From assembly GCA_964497535.1 (NCBI GenBank), contig CAZCCG010000003.1:60436-110723 (forward strand): 50,288 bases of DNA, in the 5' to 3' direction. Under the pieces are notes generated by a model that was not told where the DNA came from, searched no databases, and was given only the letters and a program-made list of their open reading frames with translations. Positions within the stretch are counted from its first letter, which is position 1; each line of letters starts with the position of its first letter. Both the position numbers and the translations under genes were made by a program. Source of the stretch: an uncultured Gammaproteobacteria bacterium (GTDB lineage: Bacteria; Patescibacteriota; Microgenomatia; Levybacterales; UBA12049). Shown here in pieces: positions 27,439 to 36,833 of this stretch.

Positions 27439-27908
27439 TGGATCAGGATAAAAAATTTCTTGGTAAAGCATTAGAAATTGCAAAAAAATCAGTAGAGCGG
27501 GGAGGATTTCCTGCAGGAGCGGTGGTAGTAAAAGATGGGATAATAATTGCAGAAGGAATTAGTATTGGAACTATCCTTCATGATCCTACCAGCCATGCCG
27601 AAACTGCAGCGGTGAGAGCAGCTTGCGCCAAATTGCAAACGGAAAATCTCGACGGTGCAACCTTGTATGAATCTCTCGAGTGTTGTGTTATGTGTTTTTC
27701 AGTGGCACAGTGGGCAGGAATCTCACGAATTGTCTATGCGTGTAAAAAAACGCCTGATATGGTTTCAAAAGGGTATTATGAAGGATCAACAAATAATGAA
27801 ATTCTGAACGAAGAAAATAACAGAAAAATAGAGTTACTATTCATTCCTGATTTTGAAGAACAATCATTACAATTAGTCAAAGACTGGGAAAAGCAATTTT
27901 CAGCGTAG
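27438..27908 (+). CDS. Nucleoside/guanine deaminase family protein
   Basis: DPTSHAE, LECCVMC (HAE...CxxC), PAGAVVV. Confidence 0.88.
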   Translation: MDQDKKFLGKALEIAKKSVERGGFPAGAVVVKDGIIIAEGISIGTILHDPTSHAETAAVRAACAKLQTENLDGATLYESLECCVMCFSVAQWAGISRIVYACKKTPDMVSKGYYEGSTNNEILNEENNRKIELLFIPDFEEQSLQLVKDWEKQFSA

Positions 27909-29117
27909 TTTAGCGTTTGTGTTCTGGATGATATATATAGTTCCTGCTTTATCGTCAGATACATAGAGGTTTCCCTCTTTATCAAAAATTACATCCACCG
28001 GACGGCCCAAGCTATTGTCTCCGCTTGAACTTCCACCCGGTAAAAATCCGGTCAGAAAGTCATCTGCTTGGCTAATCGTATCACCCTCGACCTTCATATG
28101 GACTATCTTGTATCCTACTGGGGTACTGCGGTTCCATGATCCGTGGTAGGCTACCAATAAATCATTTTGCCAATCGGTGGGAAATTGCGAAGAATTGATA
28201 AATGTCAATCCAAGCGGAGCCGAATGGGCAGGAATTTGATAAATCGGGGCAATCGTGTTACCACAGGTATGAGTGTGGGAAGGGTCAAATTGATCATCAT
28301 GCACTTTATCTCCATAACAGTATGGCCATCCATAATTTTTTTTGTTTTCAATTATATCTATTTCGTCAGGTGGTATGTCATCTCCTAAATGGTCACGTCC
28401 CATTTCAGTTGCCCAGAGCTTATTCGTATCGGGACTTATTGTCAGAAAAGGAGCGTTGCGAAGCCCTGTGGCAAATACTTTTGGAGTATCGCCATTCATA
28501 TTTGAAATAAGTACCGTGCCGGATAAGTTGGAAGATTCATTACAGACATCACAGGTTGAGCCCACCGAAATATACATTATTCCGTTCTGGTCAAAAGTAA
28601 GGGTCCGATTGTTATGATCGTCATTGGGAGGAAGAGAAAATAATACTTTATCCAGACTCGCTTCTACATTTTGTTCATTCCAATTATACCGAAGCACCCG
28701 ATCGACATCTGCTACATATAATTTCCCTCCATAAAATGCTACACCATGCGGATGGTTCTGGTCGTCTATAATTACTTTTTTCGTATCGGCAATACCGTCA
28801 TGATTTCTGTCAGGCAAAGCCAATATTTGTCCACCAGCAGGGTTGGAAACAACAAGCGTTCCGCCGGGGGAGTAGGATAGATCCCGGGGATTGTCCAAGG
28901 TATCTGCAAAGACATGGATAGTGTAGCCGTCAGGGACGTGGAGCGGGATGTCTGGTGAGCCGCCGCGGGAAATCTGTACGGAATTATTCTGTGCATCTGC
29001 AGGAGGAGTAATCTTTTGATTTAAAGGAGTAGTATTTTTGTGGGATTGCATGGTGATCCCGGCAAAAACTACGATAATCAAAACAACAAAAATAAGAAGA
29101 ATTTGTAATCGTTTCAT
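27900..29117 (-). CDS. PQQ-dependent sugar/sorbosone dehydrogenase family beta-propeller
   Basis: YISVGSTCD, ATGLRN, NYGWPYC, AHSAPLG, GRPVDV, SDD. Confidence 0.88.
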   Translation of the reverse strand: MKRLQILLIFVVLIIVVFAGITMQSHKNTTPLNQKITPPADAQNNSVQISRGGSPDIPLHVPDGYTIHVFADTLDNPRDLSYSPGGTLVVSNPAGGQILALPDRNHDGIADTKKVIIDDQNHPHGVAFYGGKLYVADVDRVLRYNWNEQNVEASLDKVLFSLPPNDDHNNRTLTFDQNGIMYISVGSTCDVCNESSNLSGTVLISNMNGDTPKVFATGLRNAPFLTISPDTNKLWATEMGRDHLGDDIPPDEIDIIENKKNYGWPYCYGDKVHDDQFDPSHTHTCGNTIAPIYQIPAHSAPLGLTFINSSQFPTDWQNDLLVAYHGSWNRSTPVGYKIVHMKVEGDTISQADDFLTGFLPGGSSSGDNSLGRPVDVIFDKEGNLYVSDDKAGTIYIIQNTNAKLR

Positions 29118-29208
29118 ACAAATAAAAAACCATTTCTATTGTACCGCTTCAACTATAAATCTTTAATGAGAATTTTGTAATAAATATACAGTATATAGAT
29201 TTTCTAGA

Positions 29209-29895
29209 TTATTTCCTTCTGCCTGCGAACCTGAGGATAAAGAGGAATAAATTAATAAAGTCCAAATAAAGCGTAAGTGCTCCCATTACTTCGGCTCTGC
29301 CTATGGTATCGGAGTCACCATTTCCTGAAATGGCAAATTGTTTGATCTTTTGTGCATCATAGGCAGTTAGCCCTGCAAAGATAATAACTCCCAATATACT
29401 CGTAATCCAATAAATCACAGGATTATTCAAAAATATATTAACGATTGATGCCAGAATAATACCGATTAAGACCATAAGTGCTATAGAACCAAATCCTGTT
29501 AGATCTTTTTTTGTTGTGTATCCAATTATTGCCATACATCCAAATGTTCCCGCTGTTACAAAGAACGCAGTAGCGATTGAAGACGCAGTATAAATCAAAA
29601 AAATAGTGGAGAGTGTAATTCCATTGAGTATGGCATATGCGAAAAAAGCAGCAAAGGCAGTAGTAGGACTCATGGTTCGAATTCTAAATGAAAGATACAT
29701 CACCAATGCTACTTCAGCAATCAAAAGTCCAATATAAATAAAAGGGGATGAGATAAGTAGATTACTCAACGATGGGCTAGCAGTGACAATCAGGGATACG
29801 ACTGCAGTAACAGCAAGTGCTCCTCCCATCCATAGAAAGACACGTGAAACAAGAGAACTCAATAGTGTAGAAGATTGGGCTATTGATCCATTCAT
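29209..29895 (-). CDS. Bax inhibitor-1/YccA family membrane protein
   Basis: GYTTKKDL, TAYDAQKIK, ALTLYLDFINLFL. Confidence 0.92.
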   Translation of the reverse strand: MNGSIAQSSTLLSSLVSRVFLWMGGALAVTAVVSLIVTASPSLSNLLISSPFIYIGLLIAEVALVMYLSFRIRTMSPTTAFAAFFAYAILNGITLSTIFLIYTASSIATAFFVTAGTFGCMAIIGYTTKKDLTGFGSIALMVLIGIILASIVNIFLNNPVIYWITSILGVIIFAGLTAYDAQKIKQFAISGNGDSDTIGRAEVMGALTLYLDFINLFLFILRFAGRRK

Positions 29896-29990
29896 ACATA
29901 GATATTGTAGCATATTTAAAAAGATCTTCTTTTCATGAGGAAGAAATGTATAGTAAGATAAATCTATTAAGATTTTTAAAGATGTACCAT

Positions 29991-30935
29991 ATGACTACAC
30001 AACATAAAACCACAAAGAAGAAAATACGTGTTAAAAGAAAACTGCACGATTCCAGAAGGATTATTTTTTTCTCCTTACTTTTTTTAGTTTTAATTCTTTG
30101 TATCAGTGGGTTAGCGGGATTTTTTCTCAGCAATTATTCCTATCAAAGAATGGTAGCCGTAGAATCAGAACCGCCTGACATGACGAGGATCCCTCTTGAT
30201 GTAAGAAGAACAATGAGGTATGCAAGTCCTTCAGCGACATTTCGTGTTCCGGTTCTGATGTACCATTATATAGAATATGTAACCGATAAAGGGGATACAA
30301 TTCGGCAAAGTCTCAATGTTAGCCCCTCTATTTTTGAACAACAACTCCAAACGTTAAAAAATGCCGGATACACTTTCTTGACCGCAAAAGAGATGGGGGA
30401 TGTACTGGATGGTAAATCCAAGTTGCCCCAAAAGCCTATTTTATTAACGTTTGATGATGGGCATAGGGATTTTTATACGGATGTTTTGCCCCTCCTTCAA
30501 AAGTATAAGGTGAAAGCGACCGAATATATTATCCCCGGTTTTACCGGTGGTTCTGACTTTATGACACAGGAACAACTTCAGGAGGTGATACGCAGTGGTC
30601 TGGTCGAGATTGGAGCACATACGGTTCACCATATAGCGTTAAAAAATAAACCCTTTCCGCTTGTTGTTGATGAAGTATTCGAGAGTAAAAAAATGCTGGA
30701 AGATCTCTATCATATTCATGTTGTATCTTTTGCATATCCCAGCGGTTTTTTTGACCAACAGGCAATCGATATCGTAAAAAGTGCCGGTTTTAAAACTGCA
30801 ATGTCTACCATTCCGGGAGAAGATATCAACCAAACAAATAGATTTTTTATCTATCGTCTGCGGCCGGGATATCGCAGTGGAGAAACCTTACTTTCATATC
30901 TTCTTACTAATCCGTGGACGCCAAAACAGAGATAA
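29991..30935 (+). CDS. Polysaccharide deacetylase (CE4), membrane anchored
   Basis: VPVLMYH, LTFDDG, IGAHTVHH, FAYPSG. Confidence 0.92.
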   Translation: MTTQHKTTKKKIRVKRKLHDSRRIIFFSLLFLVLILCISGLAGFFLSNYSYQRMVAVESEPPDMTRIPLDVRRTMRYASPSATFRVPVLMYHYIEYVTDKGDTIRQSLNVSPSIFEQQLQTLKNAGYTFLTAKEMGDVLDGKSKLPQKPILLTFDDGHRDFYTDVLPLLQKYKVKATEYIIPGFTGGSDFMTQEQLQEVIRSGLVEIGAHTVHHIALKNKPFPLVVDEVFESKKMLEDLYHIHVVSFAYPSGFFDQQAIDIVKSAGFKTAMSTIPGEDINQTNRFFIYRLRPGYRSGETLLSYLLTNPWTPKQR

Positions 30936-31030
30936 TTATTCCGTATTCTTACTCAACAATTACAAGATACTCATACAACTTTTAAACAGTTGAGTTACTC
31001 TTAATATATAAGGAAAGGGGGTGATGAAAT

Positions 31031-31174
31031 ATGAGTATTACATTTGGCACACTGAATCCAATAGTATCTATTTTATTTGGAATCCTTATTCTTATTTTCC
31101 CAAAGTTTCTCAATTATTTAATAGCTGTCTATCTGATAATCATTGGTCTCTTGGGATTGGGAATAGTACATTAA
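31031..31174 (+). CDS. DUF3096 family small membrane protein (missing from ORF track)
   Basis: MSITFGTLNPIVSILFGILILIFPKFLNYLIAVYLIIIGLLGLGIVH; SD AGGGGGT 8 nt upstream. Confidence 0.82.
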   Translation: MSITFGTLNPIVSILFGILILIFPKFLNYLIAVYLIIIGLLGLGIVH

Positions 31175-31250
31175 GCAAAATCATAGTTTCCTGCTTTTTT
31201 ATTGCTTATTTATTACATAATCTTAATAATTGTTGTGTTATCATAAGCGT

Positions 31251-31742
31251 ATGAGAAATACTGCAATCGCATTAGCTGTTATATTAGTATTAGCCCTTGG
31301 GTTATTTTTTATTAGCCGATCCAATAATAACTCACAAAACCAGCCCGCGGTGAATCAAACAACACAACAAGCCCCATCACAAGCAGTTTCTCCAACTGTA
31401 ATGTCTCCTTCCATATCTGCGAACCCTTCTGGAAGTCCTGTTCCATCTAGTGCAGCAATGCAGGATGGCAAAGAAATAACCGTAGTGGGGAATGAATTTA
31501 GTTTTCAGCCTTCCACATTGAATCTCAAACAAGGGGATAAAGTCTTATTAGTCTTCAAAAATGAGGGAAAATATCCTCACAACTTGGCAATCCCGGATCT
31601 CAAAGTTACAACCAAAACAATTCAACCAGGGCAAAGCGATATGATTAATTTCACTGTGGACAAAGGTGGTAACTATGCATTTGTTTGCACGGTTGATTCC
31701 CATGAGCAAAAGGGAATGAAGGGGACTGTAAACGTACAATAG
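31251..31742 (+). CDS. Cupredoxin-domain protein
   Basis: FSFQPS, N.GKYPHN, FVCTVDSHEQKGMKG type-1 copper ligands. Confidence 0.88.
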   Translation: MRNTAIALAVILVLALGLFFISRSNNNSQNQPAVNQTTQQAPSQAVSPTVMSPSISANPSGSPVPSSAAMQDGKEITVVGNEFSFQPSTLNLKQGDKVLLVFKNEGKYPHNLAIPDLKVTTKTIQPGQSDMINFTVDKGGNYAFVCTVDSHEQKGMKGTVNVQ

Positions 31743-31751
31743 AATAAGAGC

Positions 31752-31783
31752 GTTTAGTTAAAAAGCGTTTAGGGTTTAGTTAA
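31752..31783 (+). repeat. 32-nt repeat identical to 48456-48487
   Basis: GTTTAGTTAAAAAGCGTTTAGGGTTTAGTTAA. Confidence 0.85.
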
Positions 31784-31793
31784 TTAAGGAGTG

Positions 31794-32414
31794 TTAGAAG
31801 CCGAGTGATTCATTTACAAAGATGACATGGATACGGTTGGGTGTTTTCTCCTTATTTATAACCAGAAGTTTGCTGACAAAAGTATTGAAGGTATCCGGTA
31901 AATTATATGCTTTTCTTGCACGAACAGATTCTTTCGGCACAATATATTCTTCGATACGTTTCATAGCTTGTTCATGGTCTTTTACAATCTTTTTTGTACT
32001 GACGATCCAGAGTATATGGGGTGAGCCATATGCATAACCGGGGAGTTGACTCCCGGAATTTGAGGCAATATAGACACTTCCTGCTTCTGTAATTGCATGT
32101 ACGCTGCCGATTGCATACTCCGGCGCTGCACCAAGCTTTTGCATTTCAAGGCTTTGGGTCTTTCGATCCATTTTCCCAAGCTCTTTTTTTACCGATTTGT
32201 AATTACCTGAATCATTGAGTTCTGAGGCTAAGCCAGTCTGTTCCAGGGTAATTGAGGTCATAGTCATTACTTCAGAGCCTTTCGGGATTAGAGAAAGCAC
32301 TTTTTGCTTTGCCTCGTGGCCATTTTCTACCAGTTCGGCAGTCATACCATTTTGGGTAAGTGCGGTAATGATTTTTTCAATTGTTTCTTGTGGAGCGAGT
32401 TTTGAGTAATCCAT
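31794..32414 (-). CDS. LUD domain (lactate utilization-like) protein
   Basis: GSVHAITEAG...ASNSGSQL..YAYG, IVSTKKIV. Confidence 0.78.
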   Translation of the reverse strand: MDYSKLAPQETIEKIITALTQNGMTAELVENGHEAKQKVLSLIPKGSEVMTMTSITLEQTGLASELNDSGNYKSVKKELGKMDRKTQSLEMQKLGAAPEYAIGSVHAITEAGSVYIASNSGSQLPGYAYGSPHILWIVSTKKIVKDHEQAMKRIEEYIVPKESVRARKAYNLPDTFNTFVSKLLVINKEKTPNRIHVIFVNESLGF

Positions 32415-32477
32415 ATACATTGATTTTTATAAGCATCTAAGGTATAATTGATATAGATTTCTTAGTGCTATTAAAAG

Positions 32478-32501
32478 TATAGTACTATAAAAATTATAGT
32501 A
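32478..32501. promoter_or_regulatory. Putative HxlR operator between divergent genes
   Basis: Palindromes TATAGTACTATA and TACTATAA-AAA-TTATAGTA. Confidence 0.5.
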
Positions 32502-32824
32502 TGTCAAGATGCAATTGTCAAAAAATTTCAAAAGAGTTAGATAATGCCATAAAAATGCTGGGAAATACCTGGACGCTTTGTATTATTGGGAGTTTGGCAA
32601 AAAGTAACCAGAGGTTCAATGAATTACAGCGGGCAATTGAGGGTATTAATCCTGTTACGTTATCAGATCGTCTCAAAAAATTAGAACAAGCAGGAATTTT
32701 GGAAAGAGAAGAGGAAACGGTTGATAAATTATCAGTAGTCTATGGGCTCAGTAAAAAAGGCAGGTCAATTCTGCCGGTTATTAACGAGCTTGAAACATTT
32801 GCCAAAGCTTTTTATAAAAAATAA
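32501..32824 (+). CDS. HxlR/MarR family wHTH regulator
   Basis: WTLCII, RFNELQRAI.GI.P..LS.RLK.LE, Y.LS.KG; N-terminal Cys. Confidence 0.9.
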   Translation: MSRCNCQKISKELDNAIKMLGNTWTLCIIGSLAKSNQRFNELQRAIEGINPVTLSDRLKKLEQAGILEREEETVDKLSVVYGLSKKGRSILPVINELETFAKAFYKK

Positions 32825-33009
32825 TCTGATCATTGATTATTGGTACATTGGGAGATATGCTTTTGGAAAGCATCATGAAACCGGGAAAAAGCCTGGGTAT
32901 TGCTTACCATATATCCCTGTTCCCATGCGCCACATCTTATAACAACTACTCCATACCGAACAACAGGCAGTTTATTATCTTCTTTGAACAGTCCTTGTTG
33001 ATATATGGA

Positions 33010-33993
33010 TTATGGTTCTTTTATTTCGTAATAAACACCATTGGTAGTACCTCGTTTGCGAATCAGGCCGGCATCAACCAGTTTCTTCAGATCATATCGC
33101 AGCGTTCGTTCATTTACCGCCATAAAACGGCGTCTAATCTGGTCGAAATTCACCATATAGTGATCTTTTACAATACTGAGGATTTCTGCTCTGCGCGGCA
33201 GCAAATAATCCTGTGGTTCTATCTTCTTTTTCTCAAGCACCAGTTTCTTTGCATTTTCAGCAGTTACACAGATGGCTTCCAGCATAAATTCTATATAATC
33301 CGTAACATCTTTCTCTGTATTTTCCAGCATTCTATAGTAGGTACTTCTATGATTATCCAAATATTCTTCAATTGGTAGAAGTCCTTTCATGCCATAGCCG
33401 GCTTTCTGTAGGGTTGCTTGTAACATAAGCCTGCCAACCCGTCCATTTCCATCCAGAAACGGATGAATTTTTTCAAAATTATAATGGGCAAGACAAGCCC
33501 GAACCGGTACAAATCGTTCTTTTGAAGAATTCACAAATTTTAATAGTTTATTGGTAAAAGATAGTATTTGACGAGGTGGAGGAGGCATATAGATTGCAAT
33601 GCCGGCAGAATTAAAAATAGCGCTTACTTCGGTTCTGAAATGACCGCTCTGTGGGGTTAATCCTTGCATGACAATTGCATGAAGTTCCAATAGATCTTTG
33701 ATAGTAAGGTCTTTTGCCCGTTTTTGGTTGAGTGTTTGCCATGCTTTCAGGATATTAAAAACCTCAATTTTCTTCTGATCTGTGGATGAACGGGTTGATA
33801 CATCATCAAGAGTAAGGGTGCTACCTTCAATACGGGCAGAAAACAGAGAGCTTTTGAGTGTCGATTGTCTTCTGATATTGGTTTCCACTTCCGGTGGAAG
33901 AGGTATGGTTTCAATAATCTCTTTACTCGCTTCAATAGAGGAAAGCAATTGTGATATTTGAGGAGTCAAAAAATATTTGGGCGGTATTAACAT
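33010..33993 (-). CDS. Fic family protein (class II-like) with C-terminal wHTH
   Basis: HPFLDGNGRVGR; N-terminal SARIEG inhibitory motif; ERTLRYDLKKLV. Confidence 0.92.
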   Translation of the reverse strand: MLIPPKYFLTPQISQLLSSIEASKEIIETIPLPPEVETNIRRQSTLKSSLFSARIEGSTLTLDDVSTRSSTDQKKIEVFNILKAWQTLNQKRAKDLTIKDLLELHAIVMQGLTPQSGHFRTEVSAIFNSAGIAIYMPPPPRQILSFTNKLLKFVNSSKERFVPVRACLAHYNFEKIHPFLDGNGRVGRLMLQATLQKAGYGMKGLLPIEEYLDNHRSTYYRMLENTEKDVTDYIEFMLEAICVTAENAKKLVLEKKKIEPQDYLLPRRAEILSIVKDHYMVNFDQIRRRFMAVNERTLRYDLKKLVDAGLIRKRGTTNGVYYEIKEP

Positions 33994-33997
33994 ACAC

Positions 33998-34047
33998 TTT
34001 CCTAATATTACCAGATATTGCCATATGTTACCAGATGCTGCCAAATA
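33998..34047 (-). promoter_or_regulatory. Five 10-bp tandem direct repeats upstream of fic
   Basis: Minus strand TATTTGGCAG CATCTGGTAA CATATGGCAA TATCTGGTAA TATTAGGAAA. Confidence 0.65.
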
Positions 34048-34107
34048 GTACATTCCTCCTAGGCATTGCGTATTGACAAAAGGCTGCAAAATGCTCTTAA
34101 TGGATAT

Positions 34108-34644
34108 ATGGCCAAAAAATCTTCTCATCATTCCGTATTTGATCGGGTGAGTTTACTTATCATTGTTTCTTTGATACTTCTGGCAGCAGTAGGATATTTG
34201 GGGTTAAAAGACCTTTCTACAAGAATAAAATTGCAAAAGTTTTCTGCTCAGATACAACAGGATGCGCAGCAGTATGCTGCACAGAAAAACCACGAGGAAG
34301 CAATGATGATTGCCACTACAGTCTCCATGGTACCGGCCGGTTTACCACTGTATAGACAACCGCAAGAATTACAACATTATGTTACGACTATTAGTCAACA
34401 GACAGCGCGTGATTTGGTTATTACCGATGCAAGCGAAATTATTCTTGCAGATACAATTCCTGCCAATATCGGCACTCAATATATCATGTCTCCTCATAAT
34501 GAAGTACAAGAAACGCTCTCTGATGGAAATCCCCGTGTATTTGAAGAAAAAGGAAAAGATTATCCGCAGGGTATTTGGCAGACAGTAGTACCCATAAAAG
34601 ATTCGAAAGGTTCTATAGTCGGTTCAGTTATCTTCTCACGATAA
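34108..34644 (+). CDS. Membrane-anchored stand-alone Cache/PDC-like domain protein
   Basis: One TM; DLVITD...ILAD, VVPIKDSKGSIVGSV; no cytoplasmic output domain. Confidence 0.6.
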   Translation: MAKKSSHHSVFDRVSLLIIVSLILLAAVGYLGLKDLSTRIKLQKFSAQIQQDAQQYAAQKNHEEAMMIATTVSMVPAGLPLYRQPQELQHYVTTISQQTARDLVITDASEIILADTIPANIGTQYIMSPHNEVQETLSDGNPRVFEEKGKDYPQGIWQTVVPIKDSKGSIVGSVIFSR

Positions 34645-34674
34645 ACCCTTCTTTCTCTATTTAATCTCACTTTA

Positions 34675-34818
34675 TTGCCTCCTGTAACAACCTGTAGTAT
34701 AATACTTCAACTTAAAGTACGTTTACAACGGTGGTCGTTAGTATTGTGGTTATAACCTGATTGTAACTACTATGCTAGCGGTCACTAGCATTACTGAGCC
34801 ATTCGATGGGGAGGATTC
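34675..34818 (+). promoter_or_regulatory. Promoter TTGCCT-17-TATAAT, leader with 26-bp G.U-rich hairpin, SD GGGAGG
   Basis: Arms 34730-55 and 34761-86; 25 of 26 positions pair, 7 as G.U. Confidence 0.75.
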
Positions 34819-35601
34819 ATGGACTCTACCGCGGTTTGGAAGTCGTGGGAGCTTGCTCACCTTATGTGCCAAGCGGCAGGTGAGCATCTCTACACGACGG
34901 TGATGATAAGCGGTTTACACGGAGAAAATCCGGTAGTCAAGAAGAACTGGGCCGGTGGAGAACCGTCTCGTTCTTCTCGAGCGCCTCAGATCGGTCCTGC
35001 CAAGCTCGATGAGCTTCTCCATGGTGATCTTACCAGGCCTTTTGAGCTCTCTCCCGTAGCCGGGTATGAGAAGAGTACCGGGTACCTCGGCGGTGTCCGC
35101 CTGCGGCATCCCGAAGAAGACATCCAACTGTGGGTTTCGGGCAGTGCTTGGGCAGAGCGTTGCGATGCCCTGTTCGCTCTCACAACGATGTACTCGCTTC
35201 TGCATGAGGTACATCTGCATCACGTAGGTTTCGGACATGAGTCCGAGGATCAGATGATGGAGGCCGTTCGTCAGGACGAAGCGCGATTGGGCAGCATGGC
35301 TGTCCATGCACCTGCGCCCGACCATGATCGGTACTACCTTCATGTAGATGCTCCCTATGCACCCTTCCTCGGTTACTTGAGGGAGCATCAGTTCGGCATG
35401 GGTTCCAATCTCCATTGGGATCTCTGGACCCCAAATCCCTTGGAATTGTTGGAATTTGTCGCCGAGCTTCTGCCGGGTAGCACGCTCGATACGTGGGATG
35501 CAGGTCCGAACGACCCGGTGGGGGTCATCTGGGAAGTCAACCGTGATGGTAGGCGCTATGGCATCATGGCGCGCAACAACACCTGGCGTCCTGCGGCTTA
35601 A
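34819..35601 (+). CDS. GC-rich hypothetical protein (possible GlcG-like plus VOC-like halves)
   Basis: SD, promoter and terminator bracket it; GGVRL...VSGS...D and LHHVGF are only weak resemblances. Confidence 0.7.
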   Translation: MDSTAVWKSWELAHLMCQAAGEHLYTTVMISGLHGENPVVKKNWAGGEPSRSSRAPQIGPAKLDELLHGDLTRPFELSPVAGYEKSTGYLGGVRLRHPEEDIQLWVSGSAWAERCDALFALTTMYSLLHEVHLHHVGFGHESEDQMMEAVRQDEARLGSMAVHAPAPDHDRYYLHVDAPYAPFLGYLREHQFGMGSNLHWDLWTPNPLELLEFVAELLPGSTLDTWDAGPNDPVGVIWEVNRDGRRYGIMARNNTWRPAA

Positions 35602-35635
35602 CCAGAACGCACTCAGTAGTGTGACCGCAAGCGCA

Positions 35636-35698
35636 GGAAGGTTGTGTCTACGACCTTCCAAGGAGGGTGCCGTCTGGCACCCTCCAACCTTTTTTCTT
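35636..35698 (+). terminator. Double hairpin and intrinsic terminator
   Basis: GGAAGGTTGT/ACGACCTTCC then GGAGGGTGCC/GGCACCCTCC, then T-run. Confidence 0.8.
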
Positions 35699-35738
35699 TC
35701 CCCTTGATTATTTTTCACTACAACCTTACAGTTAAGGA

Positions 35739-36341
35739 GTGCACAAAGATTTTTTTCGTCTGTATCATCTCTTATTTGGAGTTTTCAATCTCATTGCACT
35801 TTTGACAGCTTTTTATTTGTCCCGTAACTTCATTGTTGATTACTTCAGCTACTTTACGATTCTTAGCAATATTCTTGCTACTACTGTTTTTCTTTATTTT
35901 GGTTTTGGAGAGCAAAAAACCGTTGCCAACAGTAAGCTCCTTGCAATGGTATATCCACCCTCGGTTTTGTACATGATGATTACCGGTATCGTGTTTTGGA
36001 TATTATTGCATGGAGGTCATGCACTTCCTACAACAACGCAGTGGATTACTCTAGAGCTTCATGGAGTTATGCCCGTTGCGGTTCTAGTTGGGTGGTTATT
36101 ATTTCCCCCTGCCAAAAGGATTGCTTGGCAATCAGTCTGGAAATGGCTCATTTTCCCGCTCGGTTTTGTTTTTTTTACATTAGTACGGGGATCACTCGTT
36201 CATTGGTATCCCTATGTAATTTTGAATCCGGCCACAGCAGGGGGATATGTGGGAGTACTAAAATATGTGGTTGGTATTTTATTGGGTAGCTGGGTTATCG
36301 CATATTTGCTTGTCCAGGTGACTAATAAAAAGAAGAAATAA
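35739..36341 (+). CDS. Pr6Pr (FAR-17a/AIG1-like) membrane protein
   Basis: YFSYFTILSNI, ITGIVF.ILL, LHGVMP, RG....WYPY..LNP. Confidence 0.85.
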   Translation: MHKDFFRLYHLLFGVFNLIALLTAFYLSRNFIVDYFSYFTILSNILATTVFLYFGFGEQKTVANSKLLAMVYPPSVLYMMITGIVFWILLHGGHALPTTTQWITLELHGVMPVAVLVGWLLFPPAKRIAWQSVWKWLIFPLGFVFFTLVRGSLVHWYPYVILNPATAGGYVGVLKYVVGILLGSWVIAYLLVQVTNKKKK

Positions 36342-36362
36342 GAACGATTCTTATTTTGTTCT

Positions 36363-36399
36363 ACACACCCGGTGTGTGCTAGCTAGACACATCAGGATT
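36363..36399 (+). repeat. REP-like palindrome copy 2
   Basis: ACACACCCGGTGTGTGCTAGCTAGACACATCAGGATT. Confidence 0.9.
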
Positions 36400-36507
36400 T
36401 TTACCTTTTTCTACTTTCTTTTACCTTATTGTACTCTTACAAACGTGAGAGGCTCGTTGCTTGACAACCAAGAGAGATTGGAAGATACTAGGAAAGCACA
36501 AAATAGT

Positions 36508-36825
36508 ATGGATGATGCACAAAAAAAACAAGCACAACTCAAAAAGATGGCAGATGATAGCCAGGTTGTAAGTCGTGATCAATACAATGAGGATAAAAAT
36601 GTAGCGCATGAGCCTGAGTCAGAAGATTCAATAGCCTTGAAATCTCCTTCAGTACAGGGAAGTGATGCTGTAAGTGGTTCAACTCCAGATCCGGAGAGTG
36701 ATGATGATACATTACTGAATGCTCACGCGATGGGACTCCAATTGGATGAAGATATCGAACATCCCAAGCCGCTTGATCTTGCTGGAGATATCAACAAGGC
36801 AGAAAAATACCACAGGGATAATTAA
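36508..36825 (+). CDS. Acidic hydrophilic hypothetical protein
   Basis: SGSTPDPESDDD; ATG 36508 downstream of TTGACA. Confidence 0.65.
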   Translation: MDDAQKKQAQLKKMADDSQVVSRDQYNEDKNVAHEPESEDSIALKSPSVQGSDAVSGSTPDPESDDDTLLNAHAMGLQLDEDIEHPKPLDLAGDINKAEKYHRDN

Positions 36826-36833
36826 TACCTTCT

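Noticed and set aside
31021-31254. 77-aa track ORF
   Set aside because: The alternative frame 31031-31174 has correct SD spacing and a DUF3096 signature
32826-33378. ORF 32833-33378(+) and a startless ~58-codon minus-strand frame after fic
   Set aside because: The first is antisense to fic; the second lacks a start codon and motif, so at most a gene remnant
34915-35718. 267-aa minus-strand ORF
   Set aside because: Antisense shadow of the GC-rich + gene, which has the promoter, SD and terminator
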